DNA of 64,000 bases from positions 5,456-69,455 of the forward strand of contig CAZZGQ010000001.1 of NCBI GenBank assembly GCA_964653765.1, read 5' to 3'. The notes below the pieces were generated by a model that searched no databases, was not told where the DNA came from, and was given only the letters and a program-made list of their open reading frames with translations. A program made the translations under genes and the position numbers. Shown piece after piece: positions 37,950-47,090 of the stretch. This stretch comes from an uncultured Elusimicrobia bacterium. Its GTDB lineage: Bacteria > Elusimicrobiota > Elusimicrobia > UBA1565 > UBA9628. Position 1 is the first letter of the stretch. Every line of letters starts with the position of its first letter.

Positions 37950-38443
37950 AGATGCAACGGTGGATACCGCCGCGGCTGTGGACGGCGTGGACAACACTCG
38001 CGCGTTGACGCACCCCGCCCACAGCCTCTTGAATTGCGCCCTGCCGGGGGCGGATCGTTCCGCCGGCGCTCCTCCCTGCTTACGGCCGCAGGGACCACGC
38101 AATTCACCGTACCCACCGCCGACGGTGGCGGTTCTCTCCGCTTCGTCCGGCTGATTCCGACTTCCTCTTCGTGCTCTCTCCGTTTTCGATGATGTTCGCA
38201 CCTCCCTTCGGGCCGGCCAGGAGCCAAGCCGGCCGCGCTGCGGCATAAACGAGTCAACCCCCTCCGGCGATCCGAAAGTTCGGCCCAACCCCCGCCGTGC
38301 CCCAAACTTTCGGACGGCTCGATCCTCGAGGCCGCCAGCGTGCTTCGCGCGGGCGATCGCCCCGTGGGGACCCACTGTTTATTCCTCGCTTCGGCCGTCT
38401 TGCTCGGCGGCCCTCACCCTCCGGGCGGGGTGGAGGTGCGAAC
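37950..38443 (+). repeat. ~500-bp conserved structured element, copy A (ends at the ATG of a small gene)
   Basis: Aligns along its length with 39305-39819 and 42228-42722. Contains hairpins CCGAAagTTCGG and CCACCGccgaCGGTGG. Confidence 0.75.
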
Positions 38444-38644
38444 ATGCACAAAAACTACGGGAGCACGAAGCGGTTCGGAAACGACGGCTGGCTCTTGACC
38501 ATCCAGATCAAGGGCACGACGCGCGATGAGGCGGCGAAGGCCTTGCACAAGGTCTGCCGGCTCATTAGGGCGGGCACGATGTCGGGGGCCGACAGCACGG
38601 ACGCCCAGGCGTATATCTTCAAGTTCCAGGAGGCGGCCCGATGA
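38444..38644 (+). CDS. Small protein with conserved N-terminal peptide (MxKxxxxxKRFGxxGW)
   Basis: 66 aa. N-terminus MHKNYGSTKRFGNDGW is shared with the genes starting at 39820 and 42723. ATGA coupling to the downstream RadC-like gene. Confidence 0.5.
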   Translation: MHKNYGSTKRFGNDGWLLTIQIKGTTRDEAAKALHKVCRLIRAGTMSGADSTDAQAYIFKFQEAAR

Positions 38645-39060
38645 AAATCCGCGTGATGGTCGTGCGGGAGGGCAAGCCGTCGAAGGCCGAACTGAACAAC
38701 CCGCTGGCGGTCTTCAACTTCATGAAGCGCCGGGCTCGCGGGCTCGACCGGGAGCATTTCTGGCGGATTGATGTCGATTCGAGGTCAAAGCCGATTTCCG
38801 TCGACACGGTCTCGGTCGGGACCCTTTCGGCAAGCCTCGTGCATCCGAGAGAATTCTTCCGGCCGGCGCTGGTCTTGCCGACGGCTGGCGTTATCGCGAT
38901 CCATAATCACCCTTCGGGCGAGACGACGCCGAGTCCGGAAGACAAGGACGCGACGAACCGGCTGCGCCGTGCTGGTGAGCTTCTCGGCGTTCCCTTGTTG
39001 GACCACGTGATCGTCTCGGACACGTCGTTCTTCAGCTTCAAGGAAGCCGGGCTGCTCTAG
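38641..39060 (+). CDS. RadC-like JAB/MPN-domain protein (UPF0758)
   Basis: HNHPSGETTPSPEDKDATNRL is the JAMM motif region of RadC/YeeS. Confidence 0.75.
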   Translation: MKIRVMVVREGKPSKAELNNPLAVFNFMKRRARGLDREHFWRIDVDSRSKPISVDTVSVGTLSASLVHPREFFRPALVLPTAGVIAIHNHPSGETTPSPEDKDATNRLRRAGELLGVPLLDHVIVSDTSFFSFKEAGLL

Positions 39061-39070
39061 GAGGCGATCA

Positions 39071-39274
39071 ATGAAACGCGATGACCAGGGCTGGCTGATC
39101 TACAACGCAAGCGATAGCGTCTACTTCGATCCGAGGACCTTCGCGACGAAGGAAGAGGCCTGGGCCGCAGCGGAAGAGCATCGCGCCGCCTACGCGACCC
39201 AAGGCTACTATCTGACGGCCGACGGCTTCCGAATCGATCCGGCCGACATCGAGCTCGAGATCGTGCCTGCCTGA
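39071..39274 (+). CDS. Small hypothetical protein
   Basis: 67 aa ORF with RBS-like GGAGG upstream. Confidence 0.3.
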   Translation: MKRDDQGWLIYNASDSVYFDPRTFATKEEAWAAAEEHRAAYATQGYYLTADGFRIDPADIELEIVPA

Positions 39275-39304
39275 CCATGCGGACTCGATACCCAACGGGC
39301 TTTA

Positions 39305-39819
39305 CGTGAAGCGGTGGATACCGCCGCTCCTGTGGACAGCGCCGCTGCGCTTGGACGGCTCTTCGACCCGCCCACTCTGCCCACAGGAGCTTGGACAACG
39401 CCCCTGCGGGGGCGGCGCGTTCCGCCGACGATCCTCCCCGCATGAGGCCGCGGGGACCGCGTTGCCCACCGTACCCACCGCCGACGGCGGCGGTTTCCTT
39501 CTGCTTCTTCCCCCACGGCGCCATTCCTCCTTCCCGACTTCCCTTTTCCGCTCTCGCAGGTCTTTTTCATTTGCCCCCTCGCCTCAGGACCCCAGGAGCG
39601 AAGACCCGATCGCTGCGGCTGAAACGGTCACCCCCTCCGGCGATCCGAAAATTCGGCCCAACCCCCGCCGTAGCCCCAAATTTTCGGACTGCTCGCTGCC
39701 GCGGGCCGCCAGGCCGATGGAATCGGCGGCGGTCGCCCGGTGGGGACCCACCATTTGAATCCTCGCTCAACGGATCTTCCTCGGGGTTCCTTCGCCCTCC
39801 GGGAGTGCGGGGGTGGCAA
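39305..39819 (+). repeat. ~500-bp conserved structured element, copy B
   Basis: See copy A. Hairpin variant CCGCCGaCGGCGG preserves base-pairing. Confidence 0.75.
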
Positions 39820-39966
39820 ATGAAAAAGACCTGCGAGAGCGCAAAACGGTTCGGGAAGGCGGAATGGCTGACGGCGCAACGGAAGCTTGGAACGCTCGAA
39901 CCGATCAAGCACGACGGGGCCGGAAGGGCCGCGAAGGCGATGCTGAGCGGCTACGTCTGGCGCTGA
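39820..39966 (+). CDS. Small protein with conserved N-terminal peptide (MKKTCESAKRFGKAEW)
   Basis: 48 aa. N-terminus homologous to the genes at 38444 and 42723. Confidence 0.45.
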   Translation: MKKTCESAKRFGKAEWLTAQRKLGTLEPIKHDGAGRAAKAMLSGYVWR

Positions 39967-39974
39967 GGTTGAAC

Positions 39975-40205
39975 ATGACCACCAAGGAGAAAACCATGAG
40001 CAAGAAGAACGAAGCGAAGAAGGACAGCCAGGCTCGGGAGGAGGAGTTCAAGGGCAAGCCGGTCCTCGGACTCTACCGGAGCGCGGACGACACGTACCCG
40101 CTCAAGTTCGGGCTGTCGAAGGCGGGGCTCATCCTCGCGCACGTCGAGGAGATAAAGGCCTTCCAGGCCAAGCACTCCGGCAAGGAGGCTTCCGCGACCG
40201 CCTGA
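39975..40205 (+). CDS. Small Lys-rich hypothetical protein
   Basis: 76 aa. Followed by the 75-bp structured repeat. Confidence 0.35.
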   Translation: MTTKEKTMSKKNEAKKDSQAREEEFKGKPVLGLYRSADDTYPLKFGLSKAGLILAHVEEIKAFQAKHSGKEASATA

Positions 40206-40275
40206 TTCGACCAGGGCCCTCGGGGTTTCGGCTCCGAGGGTCCGAGCCGGGTCAGGCCCGGAAATCAAACGCATG
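40195..40275 (+). repeat. ~75-bp structured repeat (copy 1): TGAtTCGACCAGGGCCC..hairpins..GGGTCAGGCCCGGAA
   Basis: Paired with the copy at 40565-40645. Stems retained with compensatory differences. Confidence 0.6.
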
Positions 40276-40575
40276 GAGGCATCACCGATGAAAACCGGAA
40301 AGGCGTTGGGCTTCAAGAAGGGCGACTTCGTTCACACCGGGGCGTTCCCCGGCATCATCATCAGCGACGTGCACTCGTTCGCGCCGTGTTGCGAGGTCTG
40401 GGGCTTCGAGCATGAGATGGGCTCGGCCTACGCCGAGGACCTGACGGCGATGACCTGGGAGGAGTTCAAGGCCGTGGCCGAGCGCTACGGCTTCGACGGG
40501 AGCGCCTACTCCGAGGTGGCCAAGGCCGCGATCCGGCAAGCGCGGGACGGCGCGGAGGTCGCCGCGACGGCCTGA
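40273..40575 (+). CDS. Small hypothetical protein (CC motif)
   Basis: 100 aa. Ends in ...VAATA* immediately before the second 75-bp repeat. Confidence 0.35.
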   Translation: MEASPMKTGKALGFKKGDFVHTGAFPGIIISDVHSFAPCCEVWGFEHEMGSAYAEDLTAMTWEEFKAVAERYGFDGSAYSEVAKAAIRQARDGAEVAATA

Positions 40576-40645
40576 ATCGACCAGGGCCCTTCGAGGCGAC
40601 TCGGAGGGCCCGCGCCGGGTCAGGCCCGGAATCAAAACACATGGA
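40565..40645 (+). repeat. ~75-bp structured repeat (copy 2)
   Basis: See 40195-40275. Confidence 0.6.
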
Positions 40646-42170
40646 GAACACGATGACCAACCAAGAAACGAAGCAGGAAGCCGTCGCCGTCAAGGAGGTC
40701 GCGCTCGAAAGCGTGGCCATCGAGAAGATCGAGATCGTCGAGAACGTCCGCAAGCACTTCGACGCCGCCGCCATGAAGGAACTGACCGAGAGCATCCGGC
40801 ACAACGGCATCCTTGTGCCCTTGCTCCTGGCCAAGAACGGCAAGCCCGGCGTCTACCGCCTCATCGCAGGGGAGCGCCGCTTGCGGGCAGCGAAGGCGCT
40901 GGACTTGAAGAGCGTCCCGGCGCAGATCGTGGAGGCCGACGCCGCCAAGCTCGAAGAGTTGCAAGTCCTGGAGAACCTCCACCGGGCCGACCTCGGGCCC
41001 ATCGAGGAGGCGCGCGCCTTCAAGAAGCTCCTCGACGGCGGCAAACACACCATCGAGGGCTTGGCGAAGCAAGTGGACAAGTCGGTCAAGTACGTCACGC
41101 GCTCCATCCGGCTCTTGGAGCTTCCGAAGAAGGCCGTCCTGGCCATCGAGAAGGGCACGATCACGCCCGAGCATGGCCACCAACTCCTGCGCGTCCCGGA
41201 GGATCGGCGCGAGAGCTTGGTCGAGTACGCGCTGACGCCCAAGTGGGGCGGCGTCATGCGCACCATCCACGAGCTGGTCTCCGAGATCGAGAACCGGGTC
41301 GAGAAGGACCTGGCGAAGGCTTGCTTTCCGAAGGACCGGGAGTACGCAGGCCAGACGGCTTGCTTGGCCTGCCCGTTCAACACCGGCAATCAGAACGTCC
41401 TCTTCGAAGGCGCGACGGCGGGCAAATGCACCAACAGCGGGTGCTTCACGAAGAAAACCAACCTCTTCTTGAAGGAGTTCAAGGAGAAAGCGGTCAAGCA
41501 GTTCAACGGCCTCAAGTGCGTCGGCATGGGCTCGGCGGGATGGAACGGCTTGCGCGAGGTCAAAGGAGCCGTCGTGCTGACCGCCGAGGAGGCGAAGAGC
41601 CCGAAGGTCAAGGCGATGATCGACAAGGAGCCCGAAAAGTTCGGCTTCGCCGTGGTCAAGCCGTCGGCCTACAGCGGCGCGAAGGCTCCGAGCGCGGTCC
41701 TGGTCTGCCAGGACAGGGAGCTTCTCGACAAGGAAATCCGCAAGCCCGCCGAGAGCGGCGAGCGACCGCTGACGCAGGAGGATCGGGAGCGCGAGCAGTT
41801 CCTCGAAGAGGCCAAGGTCCGGGCGCTGTTCGCCGAAGGAGCGCGAGTCCTCAAGAGCATCAAGAAAAAGCACCTGATCGGCATCGTCCTGGCTCTGCCC
41901 GGCACGGACGCCGCCTACGAGGCTATCGGCGTGGCGCAAGCGGAGAACCTCCCGGCAGCGCTGGCGAAGCTGTCGGAGAAAGACCTCCTGCGGCTGGCCT
42001 ACCTGTGCGCCATCGACGCCTACAACCTCGACGAGGAGTTCGAGGAGATCGGCGTGAGCGTTCCGAAGGTCCGCAGAGAGGCCCGCAAGGCGGCGCTGGC
42101 CGAGTGGGAGCAGGCCCTCAAGGCCAAGGCCGAGAAGCCCGAGGAGAAGGAGGTAGCCGCGACCAAGTAA
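40641..42170 (+). CDS. ParB/Spo0J-like N-terminal (nuclease/partition) domain protein with long Cys- and Lys-rich C-terminal region
   Basis: ESIRHNGILVPLLL...YRLIAGERRLRAAKAL is a ParB-N motif. 509 aa. Confidence 0.7.
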   Translation: MENTMTNQETKQEAVAVKEVALESVAIEKIEIVENVRKHFDAAAMKELTESIRHNGILVPLLLAKNGKPGVYRLIAGERRLRAAKALDLKSVPAQIVEADAAKLEELQVLENLHRADLGPIEEARAFKKLLDGGKHTIEGLAKQVDKSVKYVTRSIRLLELPKKAVLAIEKGTITPEHGHQLLRVPEDRRESLVEYALTPKWGGVMRTIHELVSEIENRVEKDLAKACFPKDREYAGQTACLACPFNTGNQNVLFEGATAGKCTNSGCFTKKTNLFLKEFKEKAVKQFNGLKCVGMGSAGWNGLREVKGAVVLTAEEAKSPKVKAMIDKEPEKFGFAVVKPSAYSGAKAPSAVLVCQDRELLDKEIRKPAESGERPLTQEDREREQFLEEAKVRALFAEGARVLKSIKKKHLIGIVLALPGTDAAYEAIGVAQAENLPAALAKLSEKDLLRLAYLCAIDAYNLDEEFEEIGVSVPKVRREARKAALAEWEQALKAKAEKPEEKEVAATK

Positions 42171-42227
42171 GAGGCCCGTTGACCTGGCCCATCCGGGCGA
42201 CCGGGTGGGCCAGAGTGAGCGGGTCTA

Positions 42228-42722
42228 CGACGCGGTGATACCGCCGCGCCTATGGACGGCGTGGACGAGCCTTCGGCATCGACGCACTCCGCCCACAGGC
42301 GCTTGAATTGCGGCCTGCGGGGGCGGTGCGTTCCGCCGGCGATCCTCCCTGCGGACGGCGGCAGGGACCCCGCAATTCACCGTACCCACCGCTGGCGGCG
42401 GCGGGTTCTTCTCTACTTCTTTCGCACGGCGTCGTCCTTGCCGACTTCCCGCTCTCGCCTCCTCGGCTTTTCATGTTCCACCCCACCTCAGGCCCCAGGA
42501 GTGAAGTCCACCTCGCTGCGGCTGAAACGGTTACCCCCTCCGACGATCCGAAAATTTGGCCCAACCCCCGCCGTAGCCCCTAATTTCCGGACTGCTCTCT
42601 GCCGCGAGGCCGCCGGCTCGGCTGTGCCGAGGGCGGTCGTCCTGTGGGGCCCCAGCCATTTGATCCTCGCTCGACGGATCTTCCTCGGGCGCCTTCGCCC
42701 TTCGGGTGGGCGGAGGTGGACC
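42228..42722 (+). repeat. ~500-bp conserved structured element, copy C
   Basis: See copy A. Hairpin variant CCGCtgGCGG. Confidence 0.75.
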
Positions 42723-43307
42723 ATGGAAAAGACCTACGGCGGCGCAAAACGGTTCAGCAAGGACGGCAACGGCACGGCGGCCAGGAACGAGACTCTGGAG
42801 AGCTTCATCCGGGATGCGGGCGACAAGGCGTATCGCTTCGCCTACGACCTCTCGGGCAACAGCGACGAGGCGCGGGAGCTTGTGCAAGAGACCTGCTATC
42901 GTCTCGCGCGGAGTTGGAAGAGCTTTCAGCCGTCGAGGCCGGTGAGTTCTTGGTTCTTCACGGTCCTGCGCAACGCCTTCCTTGACTCGCGACGGCGATT
43001 CGAGCGGCGCAAGGTCGTGTCGTTGGACCTGCCTCTGGAGGACGAGGACGGCGCGTCGTTCGAGGGCATTATCCCCGACGGCGCGGAAGGCATCCCGGAG
43101 AGCCTGGAGCGCGTCGAGACGGCCCAGACGGTAAGGCGGGCCATGAGGGGGTTGACGCGAGAGCATCGGGCGGTCTTGGAGCTGTGCGACATGGGCGGCA
43201 TGGCATACGAAGAGGTCGCGCGGAGCCTTGGCGTTTCAGTGGGGACGGTCCGCTCGCGCATCTTCTGGGCGCGGGCGGCTTTGCGCGGACAACTGGCGGC
43301 ATCTTAA
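42723..43307 (+). CDS. ECF-subfamily sigma-70 factor carrying the conserved repeat-associated N-terminal peptide
   Basis: N-terminus MEKTYGGAKRFSKDG. Region 2 (YRFAYDLSGNSDEARELVQET). Region 4 (EHRAVLELCDMGGMAYEEVARSLGVSVGTVRSRIFWARAAL). Confidence 0.75.
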   Translation: MEKTYGGAKRFSKDGNGTAARNETLESFIRDAGDKAYRFAYDLSGNSDEARELVQETCYRLARSWKSFQPSRPVSSWFFTVLRNAFLDSRRRFERRKVVSLDLPLEDEDGASFEGIIPDGAEGIPESLERVETAQTVRRAMRGLTREHRAVLELCDMGGMAYEEVARSLGVSVGTVRSRIFWARAALRGQLAAS

Positions 43308-43322
43308 CGAGGAGACAATCAC

Positions 43323-43493
43323 ATGAACGAGCAAGAGAGGGAACCGACGGGGCTGTGGGAGGACGCGGAGATCATTTCGGTCTACACGCGCGCGCAGGCG
43401 TTGGAGGACGGCGTTCTCGTGGCAAGGCAGGCTGTAAGCAACCGCGCCTACGCTCTTAGGGATGAAGCGCTCGCGGCAAGTGTTCCCGAATAA
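43323..43493 (+). CDS. Small ORF (56 aa) in the anti-sigma position after the ECF sigma gene
   Basis: ATG 15 nt after the sigma gene stop, AGGAGA RBS. Too short for the ORF track. Speculative. Confidence 0.25.
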   Translation: MNEQEREPTGLWEDAEIISVYTRAQALEDGVLVARQAVSNRAYALRDEALAASVPE

Positions 43494-43923
43494 CCCGTTC
43501 CGCTTGCCGATGGCGGTTGAACAACTGCGCGTGCAGCTTCGCGTCGGCGATGACCCTCCGACCGTCCAGGTTGTCGAGAAGATCCGCGAGTTTGACCCGC
43601 ATCGCGGCGACGTTCCCCGATTGGACCAGACGCCTGATATAGCGGCGATACGTGAGCCTGGTAGGCCGGGTGAGCAGGCGGACCGCGATGAGGACCTCCG
43701 CGTGAAACCCCGCCTTCTTGAGATCAGCAAAGCTCGTCGCGGTGTCCTCTACGACGTCGTGCAGGAGCGCAGCATGCTTTTCGATCATCGGCGCCGTACG
43801 CCCGAGGCGCGCCATGACGCGCACGGGATGCCGCCAATAGGGTTTGCCGCCTATGTCCTTCTGTCCCTTGTGGGCGCGTTTGATGAACTCGATCGCTGCC
43901 GAGACCGTTGAGATCTTCGCCAT
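43456..43923 (-). CDS. HD-domain phosphohydrolase (small alarmone (p)ppGpp hydrolase-like)
   Basis: AAIEFIKRAHKGQKDIGGKPYWRHPVRV...HDVVEDT is the RelA/SpoT HD motif. Start at the internal ATG (MAKIST). Confidence 0.7.
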   Translation of the reverse strand: MAKISTVSAAIEFIKRAHKGQKDIGGKPYWRHPVRVMARLGRTAPMIEKHAALLHDVVEDTATSFADLKKAGFHAEVLIAVRLLTRPTRLTYRRYIRRLVQSGNVAAMRVKLADLLDNLDGRRVIADAKLHAQLFNRHRQAERVIREHLPRALHP

Positions 43924-44693
43924 TATTGCGCCGTCAGCCCGCCATCGATGGAGAAGATGCCGCCGGTAACCCAGGATGATTCGTCCGATGCAAGGTAAAC
44001 GGCCAGCGCGGCTATCTCGTCGGGCGTCCCAGGTCGGCCGAGGGGGCACGTCGCGAGCACCGGCGCCGCGCGCTTCCGGTCGTTGAGCAGAGAGGCCGCC
44101 ATCTGTGTATCCACGAGCCCTGGGCACACGGCATTGAAGCGGATGCCCTGCTTAGCATAGTCAACGGCGAGACTCCGAGTCAACGCGTTGAGCGCCCCCT
44201 TCGTCGCGCTGTAGGCGGCGCCTCCCGGCACCGCGACGAGGCCTCCCGAAGATGAGATGTTGATGACCGATCCGCCGCGGCGCTTGAGCATCTCTGGGAC
44301 GGCTGCGCGCGTCACGCGAAAGACTCCGGTGACGTTGACGTCCAGCAGCTCGCGCCAGTCCCGATCTGAGGTCTTATGGAGCGGCGTGTCGAACAGCCCG
44401 CGCGCGGCGTTGTTGACGACGACGTTCAGGCCGCCGAAGGCCCGCCGGGCAGCAGAGACGACCGCCCGGACGTGGTGCTCATCCGTCACGCTGCCGGCGA
44501 CAGCTCGGGCCTTCCCCCCTTCCCGTTTGATCTCCGCGACAACTCGCGCAAGCGGCGCCTTGCGGCGTCCGGTGACTACGACGGCCGCCTCCTCGCGCGC
44601 GAAGGCCCGCGCGATCGCGGCGCCAATGCCCTCTCCCCCGCCCGTGACCCAGGCCACCTTGCCGGCGAGCCGGCCCGAGACCTTCATGCCCAT
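43923..44693 (-). CDS. SDR-family short-chain dehydrogenase/reductase
   Basis: TGGGEGIG Rossmann motif, NNAA, S...YSATK catalytic tetrad. Confidence 0.85.
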   Translation of the reverse strand: MGMKVSGRLAGKVAWVTGGGEGIGAAIARAFAREEAAVVVTGRRKAPLARVVAEIKREGGKARAVAGSVTDEHHVRAVVSAARRAFGGLNVVVNNAARGLFDTPLHKTSDRDWRELLDVNVTGVFRVTRAAVPEMLKRRGGSVINISSSGGLVAVPGGAAYSATKGALNALTRSLAVDYAKQGIRFNAVCPGLVDTQMAASLLNDRKRAAPVLATCPLGRPGTPDEIAALAVYLASDESSWVTGGIFSIDGGLTAQ

Positions 44694-45445
44694 TCCGACC
44701 TCAACGGCCTCACCAGCTCCACGACTTGGCCGACGACCAGATTGGTCGTGTCTGGTAGCAGGATCTGCCCCAGGATCAAAGACGCCGACGCAACGGCGAC
44801 CACGCTGTTGAAGGCCCAGAACGAATCGCCGAGCTTCATGGCGACGATCAGGTGCAGGAAGCTTCCGCTCACGACCAGGGCCGGATAAAGAGGCGTTATC
44901 TTCGGCGGCGTTCCTTCTCTCCTGTAGAGGTCGTAGGTCTTGATGATCTGGGGCACGTTCATCACGATCAGGAGCCCCATCGCCGCCGGGAAGAGAAGGT
45001 AGGCCCACGTCGTCCTCCCAACGAGCAGGCCGCCCAGCGCCAGGATGCCCGACAGGGCGGCGGCCACCGCGCTCAGCGCGCACTTTTTGATGGCGCCCTC
45101 GAGACGCGCGTAGGCGGCGACCTGAGCCAACAGCGCGGCGCTCTCGACCACCCCGGCGACGTTGAGCAGGATGTACCAGCCGCTCGACAGCCTGATCCAG
45201 GAGACCAGGGACAGGAAGAATGCCACGAAGAACCAGATCAGCGTGGTCTCCAGGGAGACGTCCTTGGCTGAGGCCCGCTCCCTGAAGTTCTTGACGAGCT
45301 GCGGGATTCCCAAGACGCTCAGCTCGGCGCTGCCGATGACGGCGGCGATCGTTGGATGCGTGACGGCGACCAGCACCGCGGCGGCCGCCAGGAAGACAAG
45401 GATCGTCAGAGCCGCCGCGCCCGGAATTTCGTTGGAATGTTTCAT
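44684..45445 (-). CDS. 7-TM PQ-loop repeat membrane protein
   Basis: Two PQ motifs (GIPQLVKNF and NVPQIIKTY) in a 253-aa 7-TM protein. Confidence 0.5.
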   Translation of the reverse strand: MKHSNEIPGAAALTILVFLAAAAVLVAVTHPTIAAVIGSAELSVLGIPQLVKNFRERASAKDVSLETTLIWFFVAFFLSLVSWIRLSSGWYILLNVAGVVESAALLAQVAAYARLEGAIKKCALSAVAAALSGILALGGLLVGRTTWAYLLFPAAMGLLIVMNVPQIIKTYDLYRREGTPPKITPLYPALVVSGSFLHLIVAMKLGDSFWAFNSVVAVASASLILGQILLPDTTNLVVGQVVELVRPLRSEWA

Positions 45446-45504
45446 GATTGGGGGCCCGGACCGCCCCGGAATAGCGTCCAGGACGGTCCGGTCGTATCCT
45501 CCGA

Positions 45505-46680
45505 TTAGGCTTTCGTGGCGGCTCTCTCGAGGAACCAGCGCAAGGCCAGGTTCTCCAACTCGTCAGGCACGCGGACGATCCCGCTGTTGTGCGTGTTGCG
45601 GCTGTTGTGCAGCCAGCCGAAGCACAGCGTCGAGAGCGCGAAGGTCAGGTCGATGTACTCCGTCGGCCAGCCGCCGCCGAAGGCGATGTTGACCAGCTCC
45701 CCGCTCTTGAGCAGGTGGATCGTCTTGTCCGCCATGTGATACGAGTCGATCCCCGGCCGGGGCTGGGACACGGAGACGGCCGCCTCGCGCAGCTCGGCCA
45801 AGGGCAGCTCGTTGCGGAAGCAGCCGACGTTGGCGAGCGTCGCCCCGTCCTTGAGGTCCTTGAAGGACGCCTTGCCGATGGTGTCGGTCGCTCCGGTGCT
45901 CGTGACGACGAGCTCGCAACTCCGAAGCAGCTCGGGCAGCTCGACGATGTGCATGCCGTCGAAGTGGGCGTAGGTCTTGCGCTTCATGTCGAGCTCCGCC
46001 ACGTAGACGATCGCGCCGAGCTGCCGCGCCAGATTCGCGAAGCCGCGGCCGACGGCGCCGTAGCCGATCACGCCGACGCGCGCGCCGGCGACGCTCTTGT
46101 TCGTCAGCGACATGATGGCTGAGAGGCCCGACTCGCCGGTCCCGCGCGGATTGCCGACCTCGTGCTTGCAGAAAGACCGCGCCATGTCCAGGATCGGCCA
46201 GCTCGAGATCTTGTCCACCTCGTTGATGCCCGAGGTCGTGAACTCGACGCAACCCTTCACGGACGGGAACTTCTCCCGCTGGGCCGCGACCTCCTTGATG
46301 AGGATCGCGCCGTCGTCGAAGACGATGGTCGGCGCGAAGGCCTCCACCTCCGCGAACGTCCCCTTGTCCACGCCGCGCTCGATGTCGAGCGCCGTCGCCA
46401 CGGGGATGCCGAACGAGCGCACGAGCTCGACGGCGTCCTGGTGGGTGGACTCGGCGTTCGAGGGCACGAACAGGACTTCGACGCCGTGCTCCTTGAGAAT
46501 GTTGGCCCAGACGGCGGCCTTGACCTCCAGATGGGTGCCCAGCACGACCTTCTTTGCTCCCGGCGCGCGCTCGGCCAGCCATTTGGCCGCGCGCTCGCAC
46601 AGCGGCAGCTCGACGGGCGAAGCCTTGGCGCCTCCGTTTTCCCCCGCTGCCGTGCGACTTTTCAGAACCTGACTCGTCAT
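45505..46680 (-). CDS. Adenosylhomocysteinase (AHCY)-family NAD-dependent hydrolase-like protein
   Basis: THLEVKAAVWANILKEHGVEV...EFTTSGINEV...GVIGYGAVGRGFANLARQLGAIVYVAELD is collinear with SAH hydrolase substrate and NAD domains. Confidence 0.7.
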   Translation of the reverse strand: MTSQVLKSRTAAGENGGAKASPVELPLCERAAKWLAERAPGAKKVVLGTHLEVKAAVWANILKEHGVEVLFVPSNAESTHQDAVELVRSFGIPVATALDIERGVDKGTFAEVEAFAPTIVFDDGAILIKEVAAQREKFPSVKGCVEFTTSGINEVDKISSWPILDMARSFCKHEVGNPRGTGESGLSAIMSLTNKSVAGARVGVIGYGAVGRGFANLARQLGAIVYVAELDMKRKTYAHFDGMHIVELPELLRSCELVVTSTGATDTIGKASFKDLKDGATLANVGCFRNELPLAELREAAVSVSQPRPGIDSYHMADKTIHLLKSGELVNIAFGGGWPTEYIDLTFALSTLCFGWLHNSRNTHNSGIVRVPDELENLALRWFLERAATKA

Positions 46681-47090
46681 GTATCCGCTCCTCCTGAATT
46701 CTCAGCGATTGTCCGTCTCGCTTTCCGGGAGCAATTTTCGTGCCGGCCTCCTTACGCGGTCTATTCGCGCGGGAAACGCCGGCGTCTTCTCGTTCGAGAG
46801 CATTTTCCTCTCACCCGAGCAGGGCGTGCTGCCCGGCGAGGCGTTCTCGACCGGGTGTATAGGTGTATAGAGGATACCGGCGGCCGGGCGCGGGCGCGCC
46901 AAAGCCGCCGCGCCGCTGGCACGAGAATTGCTCCCGCGGCTACAATCGCGAGGACTCTGCCGCTGCAAGACGCGAGCCAGGAGAGCATGATGGGAACGTG
47001 CGCGTTCTCGGAGAAAGAGGCCGTGGGCGTTGCGGGATGGAGGAGATGTATTTCACTTCGCAAAGTATGCTTTTCAAACGAGCAGACATT

